A DNA stretch of 64,000 nt, taken from contig JAJDBD010000059.1 in assembly GCA_029261575.1 (NCBI GenBank), positions 16,182-80,181 on the forward strand. The letters run 5' to 3'. A model generated the notes under the pieces. That model was not told the origin of the DNA, searched no databases, and saw only the letters and a list, made by a program, of their open reading frames with translations. The position numbers and the translations under genes were made by a program. Below are positions 36,803 through 45,001 of the stretch, piece by piece. Each line of letters opens with the position of its first letter. Position 1 is the first letter of the stretch. Origin of the DNA: Nitrospinaceae bacterium. GTDB taxonomy: Bacteria > Nitrospinota > Nitrospinia > Nitrospinales > JACRGP01.

Positions 36803-38398
36803 TTACTTTTTAGTCGGGGCTTCGCCGCTGGGCGCCTGCCCGGCGGGTGGGGCCTTGTCTTTGGATAATTGTTTGCCTAACTGGCCTGCGCTTTCCTCTT
36901 CTTTGGCCACTTCCTTGTCTTTAAGGATTTTAATATCCACCCGACGGTTCAAGGCGCGGTTATCGTCCGAGTCGTTGGGTTTGAGGGGGCGGTATTCCCC
37001 GTATCCGGAGACCACTAATTGTTCCGGGCGAAAATTTAATTTCTCGATGATAACGCGGGCCACGCTGGAAGCCCTGGCGGACGACAATTCCCAATTGGAA
37101 GGGAATTGATCGTTTTTAATGGGAACGTTATCCGTGTGGCCTTCGACCAAAGCCTGTTTCACTCCCTCTTGCATTTGACCCCGGATGGCGTCCAGAATGA
37201 TCTGGTCGGCGCCTTCCAGGAGGTCCGCGCTTCCCGGTCCGAACAGGTCGGAGTTCTGCAACCTTATCAGAATGGTCCGGGTGTCGCTTCGCACCAGGGA
37301 TTCCGGATCGACATTGTCCTTGACCAGTTCGCGCACCCGGTCCAGCATGGCCACTTCCTGGCCGGTCAACCAGACGTTGGATACCTCAATGCGCACTTTT
37401 TTGGACTGGAAAGAAGACAGGGCCTCGGCGAACTTGTCTACGTTTAATTTCGAAACCGTGTACAGCAAAACAAAAATTACCAGGAGCAGGGTGATCATGT
37501 CCGAATAGGTGATGAGGAAATTTTCCAGTCCCGAAGAGAACTCCGCCGTTTGAGCGCCCCGTCCTTCAACGTTCATTCTGGAGTCGAGCCGGCCGGCGGA
37601 GTCTTTTTCATCGGCCATGGACAATTTCATTTCCAGTTCCGTATTCGACTGAGCCAGTTTTTCCATTTCCAATTCCATTTTCCTGCGTTCTTCTTCCAGA
37701 ATGTCCAGATCCTCGCGCAATTCTAAAATAATTTCCGAAGGGAGCATGCCCTCCTGGCCCGGAGCCGCGTCTCCATACAGCATTTTTTCGTAGGATTCTA
37801 TGACGTTGTCTTTTTCGCGTATCAGTTCTTCGTAGTCCACAAGAGATTGGCCGGGATTTCTCCTCAAATTATCCAACTCCTGTCTCAATTCCTTGTTTCT
37901 ATCCTTAAGGACGTCCGTTTCCTCTCCAAGTTTTTTTAGTTTTTTTAGCTCTTTTAAAAGGACCTTTTTTTCACGGTTTTGTTTGGAGCGGATTTTTTCG
38001 TTTTTCTCAATTTCTGCTTTGAGGGCGGCCTCGTTCTTTTTGAGTTCTTGTAATTTTTTTAAAAGTTGCGGATCGGTAGAATAATCCAGGTCCTCGCCGT
38101 CTCCTTCCTTGCCGGACTTCCCCATTTTGGCATGCCTTGCGGCCCTTGCGGCCCAGGCGGCTTGTTGGGCTTCCTTGATTTCCTCCTCTTTGCCTTTGAT
38201 CAGTACCTGGAGTTCCGCCATCTTTTTTTGATTGAGCTTGACGACGTCTTTTATCTTCTTTTCCGTTTTTTCAATGATCCGGGTCTGGTTCTTGAGCTTC
38301 TGATTGGTGATTTTTAGTTGCTCTTTAACCAGTTGTAGGGTTTCGGGATTTTGCATGGTATGATCCGGTTTTTGTTGATTTATCGGTTTAAACGGCAA
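36803..38398 (-). CDS. MotB/OmpA-family protein with long N-terminal coiled coil
   Basis: 531 aa. ~290 aa of K/E-rich coiled-coil-like sequence comes first. Next is a MotB TM with the conserved Asp (ITYSDMITLLLVIFVLL), then an OmpA-like peptidoglycan-binding domain (VEGHTDNVP, NWELSSARA, NRRVDIKI). The start is uncertain (TTG 38398 or ATG 38356). Confidence 0.8.
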   Translation of the reverse strand: MPFKPINQQKPDHTMQNPETLQLVKEQLKITNQKLKNQTRIIEKTEKKIKDVVKLNQKKMAELQVLIKGKEEEIKEAQQAAWAARAARHAKMGKSGKEGDGEDLDYSTDPQLLKKLQELKKNEAALKAEIEKNEKIRSKQNREKKVLLKELKKLKKLGEETDVLKDRNKELRQELDNLRRNPGQSLVDYEELIREKDNVIESYEKMLYGDAAPGQEGMLPSEIILELREDLDILEEERRKMELEMEKLAQSNTELEMKLSMADEKDSAGRLDSRMNVEGRGAQTAEFSSGLENFLITYSDMITLLLVIFVLLYTVSKLNVDKFAEALSSFQSKKVRIEVSNVWLTGQEVAMLDRVRELVKDNVDPESLVRSDTRTILIRLQNSDLFGPGSADLLEGADQIILDAIRGQMQEGVKQALVEGHTDNVPIKNDQFPSNWELSSARASSVARVIIEKLNFRPEQLVVSGYGEYRPLKPNDSDDNRALNRRVDIKILKDKEVAKEEESAGQLGKQLSKDKAPPAGQAPSGEAPTKK

Positions 38399-38592
38399 AA
38401 AAGCTTATAATAAAATGACTTTAAACGATTTAAAATCAACGAAATGTGGTTTTTTTGCTTTACCTAGATTTTATGCAACTCTCTTGGTGCACGTCAATAT
38501 CCCTGTAAGTTTAAATTTTTACAGGGTTTCGTCTTTTCTGTCGCCTGGTTGGACGGACCCATAGGGGCGTTGATTCCAGCGGGAAAACTTTT

Positions 38593-39828
38593 ATGAGCAA
38601 TGGAGTTGAAACCTTTTCCAAGCGCCGGATTGGAGCGGTTTTTTTGTTGGGGTTTTCTTCCGGCCTGCCTTTGGCCCTGACCGGTGGAACTCTTCAAGCC
38701 TGGATGACCGTGGAGGGGGTCGATCTTAAAACCATCGGTATTTTTACCCTCGTTGGCTTGCCTTACACGCTAAAGTTTCTATGGTCCCCTTTGATGGACC
38801 GCTTTGTTCCTCCCTGGTTAGGACGGCGACGGGGTTGGTTGATTCTGACACAAATTGCCTTGATGGGCCTTATTTTTCTAATCTCCCAGGCGTCGCCGCG
38901 GGAGGCCCCCATGCTTTTGGCCGTTTTGGCTCTAGGGTTGGCTTTCAGTTCCGCGTCTCAGGATATCGTGGTTGACGCCTATCGGGCGGATATTCTGAAA
39001 GAGAAAGAGCGCGGACTGGGCGCCGCGACGTCCGTGACGGGTTACCGAATCGCCATGCTGGTTTCCGGCGCGCTGGCCCTGGTTTTATCCGAGTCAATTG
39101 GTTGGCAGACAACCTACCTGTTGATGGCCGTTTTGATGGTCATCGGAATGGGCGCGTCTTTAACGGGTCCTGAGCCGGAAGATAAAATTGTCCCTCCCCG
39201 CACACTTCAGGAAGCCATAACCCATCCGCTGACTGAGTTTTTTAGTCGCAAAGCGGCCTGGGGATTTTTGGCGCTTATTATTCTATACAAAATTGGCGAC
39301 GCTTTTGCCGGCAGTCTGACCACGGCTTTTTTGATTCGCGGGGTCGGGTTTTCGGTGGGTGAAGTTGGGACCGTAAACAAAGGGCTGGGGCTTTTGGCCA
39401 CCATTGTGGGCGCCTTGTTTGGCGGCGCGCTGATGGCGCGGTTAGGATTGTATCGTTCTTTGATGTTGTACGGGTGCCTGCAAGCGGTTTCCAATCTTTC
39501 CTTCATGGGACTCGCGTGGTTGGGGAAAAATTACTACATGATGATTTTTACCATCGCGTTTGAAAATATAGCCGGGGGCATGGGGACGGCGGCTTTTGTG
39601 GCTTTTTTGATGACGCTTTGCGACCATCGTTATACGGCCACTCAATTCGCGTTGCTTTCCGCGCTGGCTTCTTTAGGCCGGGTGTTTGTCGGTCCGCCCT
39701 CCGGCTTCCTGGCTGATGAATTGGGATGGATTACATTTTTCTTCATCACCTTCCTTGCGGCCTTGCCCGGATTGTTTCTTCTTTGGCGCATGAAATCGAG
39801 AATAGAGGGGCTTAAAGCGCACGGATGA
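38593..39828 (+). CDS. ampG: AmpG-family muropeptide MFS permease
   Basis: 411 aa. FLLGFSSGLPLALTGGTLQAWMT and PYTLKFLWSPLMDR. Confidence 0.85.
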   Translation: MSNGVETFSKRRIGAVFLLGFSSGLPLALTGGTLQAWMTVEGVDLKTIGIFTLVGLPYTLKFLWSPLMDRFVPPWLGRRRGWLILTQIALMGLIFLISQASPREAPMLLAVLALGLAFSSASQDIVVDAYRADILKEKERGLGAATSVTGYRIAMLVSGALALVLSESIGWQTTYLLMAVLMVIGMGASLTGPEPEDKIVPPRTLQEAITHPLTEFFSRKAAWGFLALIILYKIGDAFAGSLTTAFLIRGVGFSVGEVGTVNKGLGLLATIVGALFGGALMARLGLYRSLMLYGCLQAVSNLSFMGLAWLGKNYYMMIFTIAFENIAGGMGTAAFVAFLMTLCDHRYTATQFALLSALASLGRVFVGPPSGFLADELGWITFFFITFLAALPGLFLLWRMKSRIEGLKAHG

Positions 39829-40484
39829 CCCGGTTTCTTTATTTGCACGGTTTCGCCTCCAGTCCCGGTTCTTTCAAAGCTTCAAGATTTAAAAAAGAGT
39901 TTTCCAAAAGAGGAATCGATCTGATCGTTCCCGAACTGGACGGGGGGAATTTTGAAAATTTGACGGTATCCAGTCAGATAAAAATCGCCCGGCAATGCCT
40001 GGATCAATTTCCGGAAGACAGGTATGGCTTGATTGGGAGCAGTATGGGCGGCTATTTGGCGGCTTTGCTGGCGCAGTCGAACCCCAACGTTGCGGCGATG
40101 TACCTCATGGCTCCGGGGTTTAATTTCACGGCCCGATGGGCGGAAAAGGTTCGTTGCGAGTTCGGGGAAGACGGGGCGATTCCCGGCTTGATAAAGGTAT
40201 TTCATTATCGGTACAATGATTTTAGATGGTTGAGTACTGGTTTGTTCGCCGACGCTGCGGCTTGGGATCGGCTTGAATTGGACCGGAGTTTGCCCTGCAA
40301 AATTGTCCACGGGGTTCACGACGATACGGTGGATATTGAGGAATCGCGAAGGTTTGCCGCGACCCGGCCCTGGGTCCGGTTGGTAGAGTTGGATTCCGAC
40401 CACACCCTTATGTCGCGTATCGGCTGGATCGTTGAGGATTGTTTTGAATTTTTTTCCGAATTTCATTTGATCAAACAGGTATGA
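39825..40484 (+). CDS. YqiA-like alpha/beta esterase
   Basis: 219 aa. FLYLHGFASSPGSFKA and GSSMGGYLA. ATGA overlap with ampG. Confidence 0.7.
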   Translation: MTRFLYLHGFASSPGSFKASRFKKEFSKRGIDLIVPELDGGNFENLTVSSQIKIARQCLDQFPEDRYGLIGSSMGGYLAALLAQSNPNVAAMYLMAPGFNFTARWAEKVRCEFGEDGAIPGLIKVFHYRYNDFRWLSTGLFADAAAWDRLELDRSLPCKIVHGVHDDTVDIEESRRFAATRPWVRLVELDSDHTLMSRIGWIVEDCFEFFSEFHLIKQV

Positions 40485-41080
40485 GTTTGGAAGCGGAGAG
40501 TTTCAAGCGATTGAGGTTGGCGGTTCGTTTGGCCCGGAGAGGCCACGCGGGACAATTCCGTAAAGGCCGCCTGAAAGAGATTTATTACTGCCATCCAAAA
40601 CGGGTATGTAAGGCTTATTTGAAGTACAAATTTAACTCGCTCGACGGCGCCATTGCCTGTCTTTGCCACGACTTGGTGGAGGATACCGAGTTGAGTTTAC
40701 CTGATATTGAGCGTGAGTTTGGACCCACGGTAGAATCTCTGGTGGACTATTTGACCAAACCTCCGGAGCTTCCCAGCCTGGAATACGCCAGCTTGATGAA
40801 CGGCTGGAGCCTGGAGGCGAAAAAAATAAAGCTCTGCGATATTGAGGATAATATTATCAGCTCCCGGCAAATCTCGCCGGACCGCAGGGAAAGGATGCTG
40901 GGAAAATGGCTGGCGTTCCTTTCTAACCTGAACGAGATCTCCGTCGGTTCCTGCGAAAAAACTTCGGAGTTTTTGGATAAAAAGCGTAAGGTTTGCGAGC
41001 TTTGCCGCGACGAACTGTCAACATGTAATCGACTCCAGGAGAAATCGGCTCTTTTGCAAAACAATCAGTCCACGCCATGA
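40481..41080 (+). CDS. HD-domain protein, SpoT/Mesh1-type (p)ppGpp hydrolase-like
   Basis: 199 aa. ARRGHAGQFRK...YYCHP...CLCHDLVEDT...FGPTVESLVDYLTK matches the SpoT hydrolase (HD_4) pattern. ATGA overlaps on both sides. Confidence 0.65.
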   Translation: MSLEAESFKRLRLAVRLARRGHAGQFRKGRLKEIYYCHPKRVCKAYLKYKFNSLDGAIACLCHDLVEDTELSLPDIEREFGPTVESLVDYLTKPPELPSLEYASLMNGWSLEAKKIKLCDIEDNIISSRQISPDRRERMLGKWLAFLSNLNEISVGSCEKTSEFLDKKRKVCELCRDELSTCNRLQEKSALLQNNQSTP

Positions 41081-41763
41081 AACAGTCCATTTTAATTATT
41101 GACGACGATCTGGATTTATTGAATTTGTTGAAAACCAAATTTGAAAAAGACGGATTCGATATCTTGACCGCGCTCGACGGCGAGGAGGGGTTGAGTCTGG
41201 CCCAAAAAAAGCCGCCGGACCTGATCGTTCTCGACGTCAAGATGCCGGGGCGTTCGGGTTTGGACGTCTGCAAAAATTTAAAGGAAGCGGGGAGCACCAA
41301 AACCGTTCCGGTGATCATGTTGACGTCCAAGAACGAAGAGATGGATCGCATATTGGGTTTGGAACTCGGCGCCGACGATTACCTTGCCAAGCCGTTCAGT
41401 TACCGGGAATTGTTGCTTCGAATCAAAAGTATATTGAGGCGGACGGCCTCCAAGCCGTTAAAACAGAAGCGGGTCGTTAAACTGGGAGAGTTGACGGTTG
41501 ATAACGTCAATCACGAGGTTTGGGTCGGCAAAGAGAAAATTTTTTTAACGCTCACAGAATTTAACCTGCTCGCCACCCTGATGGAAAGTCCGGGGCAGGT
41601 GAAGACGCGCGAATTTCTTTTGGAGGAAATCTGGGATTATAACGACGGGGTTTATTCGCGAACCGTCGACACCCATGTCCAAAGGTTGCGTACCAAATTG
41701 CTAGACGTCGGACACTCCATAGAAACCATCCGCGGTGTGGGATATCGGTTTAATAAGGCCTGA
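41077..41763 (+). CDS. OmpR/PhoB-family response regulator
   Basis: 228 aa. Receiver domain (ILIIDDD...LIVLDVKMPG...KP) plus a winged-helix C-terminus (TVDTHVQRLRTKL...RGVGYRF). No histidine kinase gene adjacent. Confidence 0.9.
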   Translation: MKQSILIIDDDLDLLNLLKTKFEKDGFDILTALDGEEGLSLAQKKPPDLIVLDVKMPGRSGLDVCKNLKEAGSTKTVPVIMLTSKNEEMDRILGLELGADDYLAKPFSYRELLLRIKSILRRTASKPLKQKRVVKLGELTVDNVNHEVWVGKEKIFLTLTEFNLLATLMESPGQVKTREFLLEEIWDYNDGVYSRTVDTHVQRLRTKLLDVGHSIETIRGVGYRFNKA

Positions 41764-41998
41764 CCAAAATCTTATTTGCAAAAGTTCATTTCCTCTACTT
41801 AATTTTTCTCCCGCCCAAAATTAATTTTCTCCGATAATTTTAAAGCTTCCCGAAGAATTTTCATTCGCTCTGTTTGAAACGCCTCCAATTGTGACCAATT
41901 TGTGACCCTTTCTTAATCATATCGTAATGTTCATGCCTTAACCTGAAATCAAGGCAATGACGCCGAAACAAATTGGAAATAATATATAGGAGAACGCG

Positions 41999-42409
41999 AT
42001 GGAGAATTCGACGAATATTACCCCTATGGAAAACACGGTGGGCAAGCGGCTTCGGAATTGGAGAAAAACGGATTTTCTGACCCTAAAGCAGGTTTCCGAG
42101 AAAATCGGAATTTCTCAAAGCGCGCTGTCGGAATTGGAAAACGATAAATCGCTTCCCTCCGCCACGACGCTCGCCCAGTTTTGCGTTAAAACAGAAATGA
42201 ATATTTGCTGGTTGCTGACTGGACTCAAACGTTTCAATAGCGATGGAAACGACGAAGGAGCGTCGGTCGTCGAGGAATCCGTTCTGGAACCCAGGAATTT
42301 CAAACTGGACAGCATGACGGAAATTCTAAAACGGATTTATCAATCGAAAGATCCCAGACTGGCGGCGAGGATTGAAGGGTTTTTGATTGGAGTCGATCCG
42401 GGAGTTTAA
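41999..42409 (+). CDS. XRE-family helix-turn-helix transcriptional regulator
   Basis: 136 aa. LRNWRKTDFLTLKQVSEKIGISQSALSELENDKSLPS HTH_3 pattern. AGGAGA RBS. Confidence 0.75.
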   Translation: MENSTNITPMENTVGKRLRNWRKTDFLTLKQVSEKIGISQSALSELENDKSLPSATTLAQFCVKTEMNICWLLTGLKRFNSDGNDEGASVVEESVLEPRNFKLDSMTEILKRIYQSKDPRLAARIEGFLIGVDPGV

Positions 42410-42437
42410 AAAGTGAGGTTTGCCGATTGGGAGGCGA

Positions 42438-43202
42438 TCAAACCGCTCCGAGAGCGGTTTTAAGGGTCCAACCCTTTTTGTCTTCCTCCAATTGGATTTG
42501 GTTCCATTGGTCTTTCTCTCCCAGAATGGATACCACCGCTCCTTCATGCAATCGAAACAAAGTGACATGACCCTTTCCAAAGGAAGATTTAACCTCCACA
42601 AGCTTGGTTAACACCACCCCCCGTTGATTCCTACTCCCGAAGTCCAGGTAAGACATGGCTCCGTTGGAAATCAGGCCCGCCAACGTCAAAGCCAGCGCGG
42701 TTTTTCGCAGGATATCGAAAACGCGGTTGCGGTATATCAGCCACAGGGTCAGACTCGTCCAAAAAAGAAAATTGGCGAGCGCCAACGCCAGTAAATTTTC
42801 ATTACGGTTTATAGAGTCCAGCCAAAAAAACAAGTTGCGCAATATGCCGGAGCGTTTTGGCGCGATTTTATCCTCCGTGTTTTGTGTCGCATAATTCAAA
42901 TTGGCCTGCAAGTCCGCGTTTCTGGGGAGAAGTTGTTGAGCGCGTAAATAATTTAAAATGCTCAACCCTTTTTTTCCTTGTCGATAATAAGCGTTGCCCA
43001 GATTATAAAAAAGATAGCCGTTTTGTACGCCTTGCCCGACGAGGCTTTCATAAATTTTCGCGGCTTCCTGGAAGCGTTGGCTTTCGTACAAATCGTTGGC
43101 TCGGGCGACGTCTCTTTGGGTATCCAGGGCCTCGCAATGAACGGGAGCCAATGCAATTAAAAAGAATAAAACCATGATTTGCCAAAGCGGTCGCGGATTC
43201 AT
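42438..43202 (-). CDS. batE: BatE-like TPR + SH3b protein
   Basis: 254 aa. Signal peptide, TPR (ANDLYESQRFQEAAKIYE...GNAYYRQG), TM segments, and a C-terminal SH3-like GAVVSILGEKDQWNQIQLEEDKKGW. Confidence 0.65.
   Translation of the reverse strand: MNPRPLWQIMVLFFLIALAPVHCEALDTQRDVARANDLYESQRFQEAAKIYESLVGQGVQNGYLFYNLGNAYYRQGKKGLSILNYLRAQQLLPRNADLQANLNYATQNTEDKIAPKRSGILRNLFFWLDSINRNENLLALALANFLFWTSLTLWLIYRNRVFDILRKTALALTLAGLISNGAMSYLDFGSRNQRGVVLTKLVEVKSSFGKGHVTLFRLHEGAVVSILGEKDQWNQIQLEEDKKGWTLKTALGAV
42440..42462 (+). terminator. hairpin terminator between convergent genes
   Basis: AAACCGCTC-CGA-GAGCGGTTT (9-bp stem) followed by TTA. It overlaps the last codons of the minus-strand batE-like gene. 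Confidence 0.4.
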
Positions 43203-44998
43203 AATTTTTTTTCCAGTTTTTCCAAAACTTCAAAAGACTCTTCGATCAACTTATCGGAAGCCACGGGCCGTTGCGCTCCTCCCCGGTATTGAATTTCCTC
43301 GCATTTTTCCAGCAAAGCCCGCATTGATTTTGCGGATTCTTCCGGGAAACGTTTTTCCCTTAACTTGAGTTCCACCTCCACGGGAGTGAAAGCGGCGCCG
43401 GGCAAATTCAGTTTGTCGCCGACATATTCCCGAAGGGCTTTTGAAATTTCGACGATGGATTCTCCGTTGCCTGCGGATTGGGTTTTCTGGAGACGTTTCT
43501 TGGCGGACCTGTAAGCGTTCTTGTTGCGCGTAAAGGCAAGGTCGTATTTTAATCTGTCCTTGTGGCGAACCCACCAGGCGGTTCCACAAAATAAAAATAC
43601 CGGCGCCAAAAAAGCCGCCCAAAGATAATTCCGCCGGGGGCCTGTCAGGGCCTGATTGCTAAAATCGGACAGTCGGGTGTGAATGGGAAGGATGTCTTCT
43701 CCTAAAATTTTCACCTCGGGCGCCTGGGGCGCGATGGCCGACTGGGGAGCCTGAACAATTTTCAATTTTTCCCTGGCGGGGGCCTGTGTGATTTTTAAAG
43801 AGATTTTTTTTGTTTGCCTCGTGATGTACTTTCCGGCGGCGGGGTCGAAATAGGACAGGGAGATCGGGGGGACTTGTAAATCGCCGTCCCGGAGAGGCAC
43901 CAACGCCCATTTAAAAGTTTTTCCGCCCGCAAGGTTTTTACCGTCGATCCATTTTTTGAAATCCGGCTGGTCCGGATAAACTTTGAATTGGTCCAGGACG
44001 TCCAGATTGGGAGTGGGAATATCGTAAACGTTTCCCTTTCCGGATATCGTCAGGGTCAGCGTGGTGGAGTCGCCAAACTCCAACTCATGCTTTCCCAGTC
44101 TCGCCGAAATGGCGAACTGGCCCACCAGATTGGAAAATCCCGCGGGTTTATCTTGTTCGGGAAGCGGCAGAGCTTCTACTTGTATCGTCGACGTTCGCAG
44201 GGTTTTATGCGCGCTGCTGGTTCCCCCAAAAAACGGATCGTTAAAAAACCGGTCGAAAAAAGGGTCGGAATGGGATCGGGATTTATCCTGAATCAGGATA
44301 TCGATATCCACCCGAGACGGAGGGATTTCCAGGACGCCGACCTTTGAAGGAAATAAAGCCTTGGAGACTTCGTAAACGTTGTATTGGAGTCCGTCCACCA
44401 CCTGGGAATATTGCTTGTCCTGGCCCAGGGGTTCCTCGCGGAAACCGTCGAAGGTTTGCTTCAGGTTGATGTTTCTCGCGTTGACCCGGCGGAACAGTTT
44501 GAAAGTGTAAATCGCCTGTTCGTTGACGAATAATTTGTTTTTCGAAATGGACGCCTCGGCAAACACCAGTCTTCCCGAGCGGGATTGTGCGGCAACTTGT
44601 TTTACCGTAACAATAATGGGTTTAGTGGAATAAATTTTTCCGTCCAATTCCAGCCTGGCCGCGCCAATTTCCAGTTGCCCCGCTTTTTGGGGAACCAGGT
44701 TGTAGGTGAAGACGATGGATTTGGAAACCTGGGAGTTGATTACCTGGACCTGAGTCTGGGTTCCCGTGGAACGGATATCAAAATCTTTCAGGTCGGGAAG
44801 AGCGGGGGAGGGGGCGGTCTTTACTCCGTTGACGGCGATGGAAAGATTGACCGAGTCTTCAAGAGAGATTTCCGTTTTGTCTACCGAGGCCGTTAACCCG
44901 ATTTCCTTGGCATAAACCTGGGCAGCGGGGAGGGCGGCCGTCAAAAATAAGCCGCAGAGGATATAAGCGCAATATCTCGATATCAAATAGAATCTCAT
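43199..44998 (-). CDS. batD: BatD-like (oxygen-tolerance) protein
   Basis: 599 aa. Signal peptide, a long beta-rich ectodomain, a late TM (YLWAAFLAPVFLFCGTAWWV). 4-nt overlap with batE-like. Confidence 0.65.
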   Translation of the reverse strand: MRFYLISRYCAYILCGLFLTAALPAAQVYAKEIGLTASVDKTEISLEDSVNLSIAVNGVKTAPSPALPDLKDFDIRSTGTQTQVQVINSQVSKSIVFTYNLVPQKAGQLEIGAARLELDGKIYSTKPIIVTVKQVAAQSRSGRLVFAEASISKNKLFVNEQAIYTFKLFRRVNARNINLKQTFDGFREEPLGQDKQYSQVVDGLQYNVYEVSKALFPSKVGVLEIPPSRVDIDILIQDKSRSHSDPFFDRFFNDPFFGGTSSAHKTLRTSTIQVEALPLPEQDKPAGFSNLVGQFAISARLGKHELEFGDSTTLTLTISGKGNVYDIPTPNLDVLDQFKVYPDQPDFKKWIDGKNLAGGKTFKWALVPLRDGDLQVPPISLSYFDPAAGKYITRQTKKISLKITQAPAREKLKIVQAPQSAIAPQAPEVKILGEDILPIHTRLSDFSNQALTGPRRNYLWAAFLAPVFLFCGTAWWVRHKDRLKYDLAFTRNKNAYRSAKKRLQKTQSAGNGESIVEISKALREYVGDKLNLPGAAFTPVEVELKLREKRFPEESAKSMRALLEKCEEIQYRGGAQRPVASDKLIEESFEVLEKLEKKL

Positions 44999-45001
44999 CG
45001 C

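Noticed and set aside
33791-38398. Interpretation as an ordinary flagellar motA/motB stator locus
   Set aside because: The gene order is B / cyclase / A. The B subunit has a 290-aa N-terminal extension. No flagellar genes are in the window. I cannot fully exclude this without the rest of the genome.
38501-38526. 8-bp hairpin CCCTGTAA..TTACAGGG followed by a T-rich stretch in the divergent ampG / motB-like promoter region
   Set aside because: It could be a 5'-UTR structure of ampG or chance symmetry in AT-rich DNA. There is no supporting conservation or context, so I did not call it.
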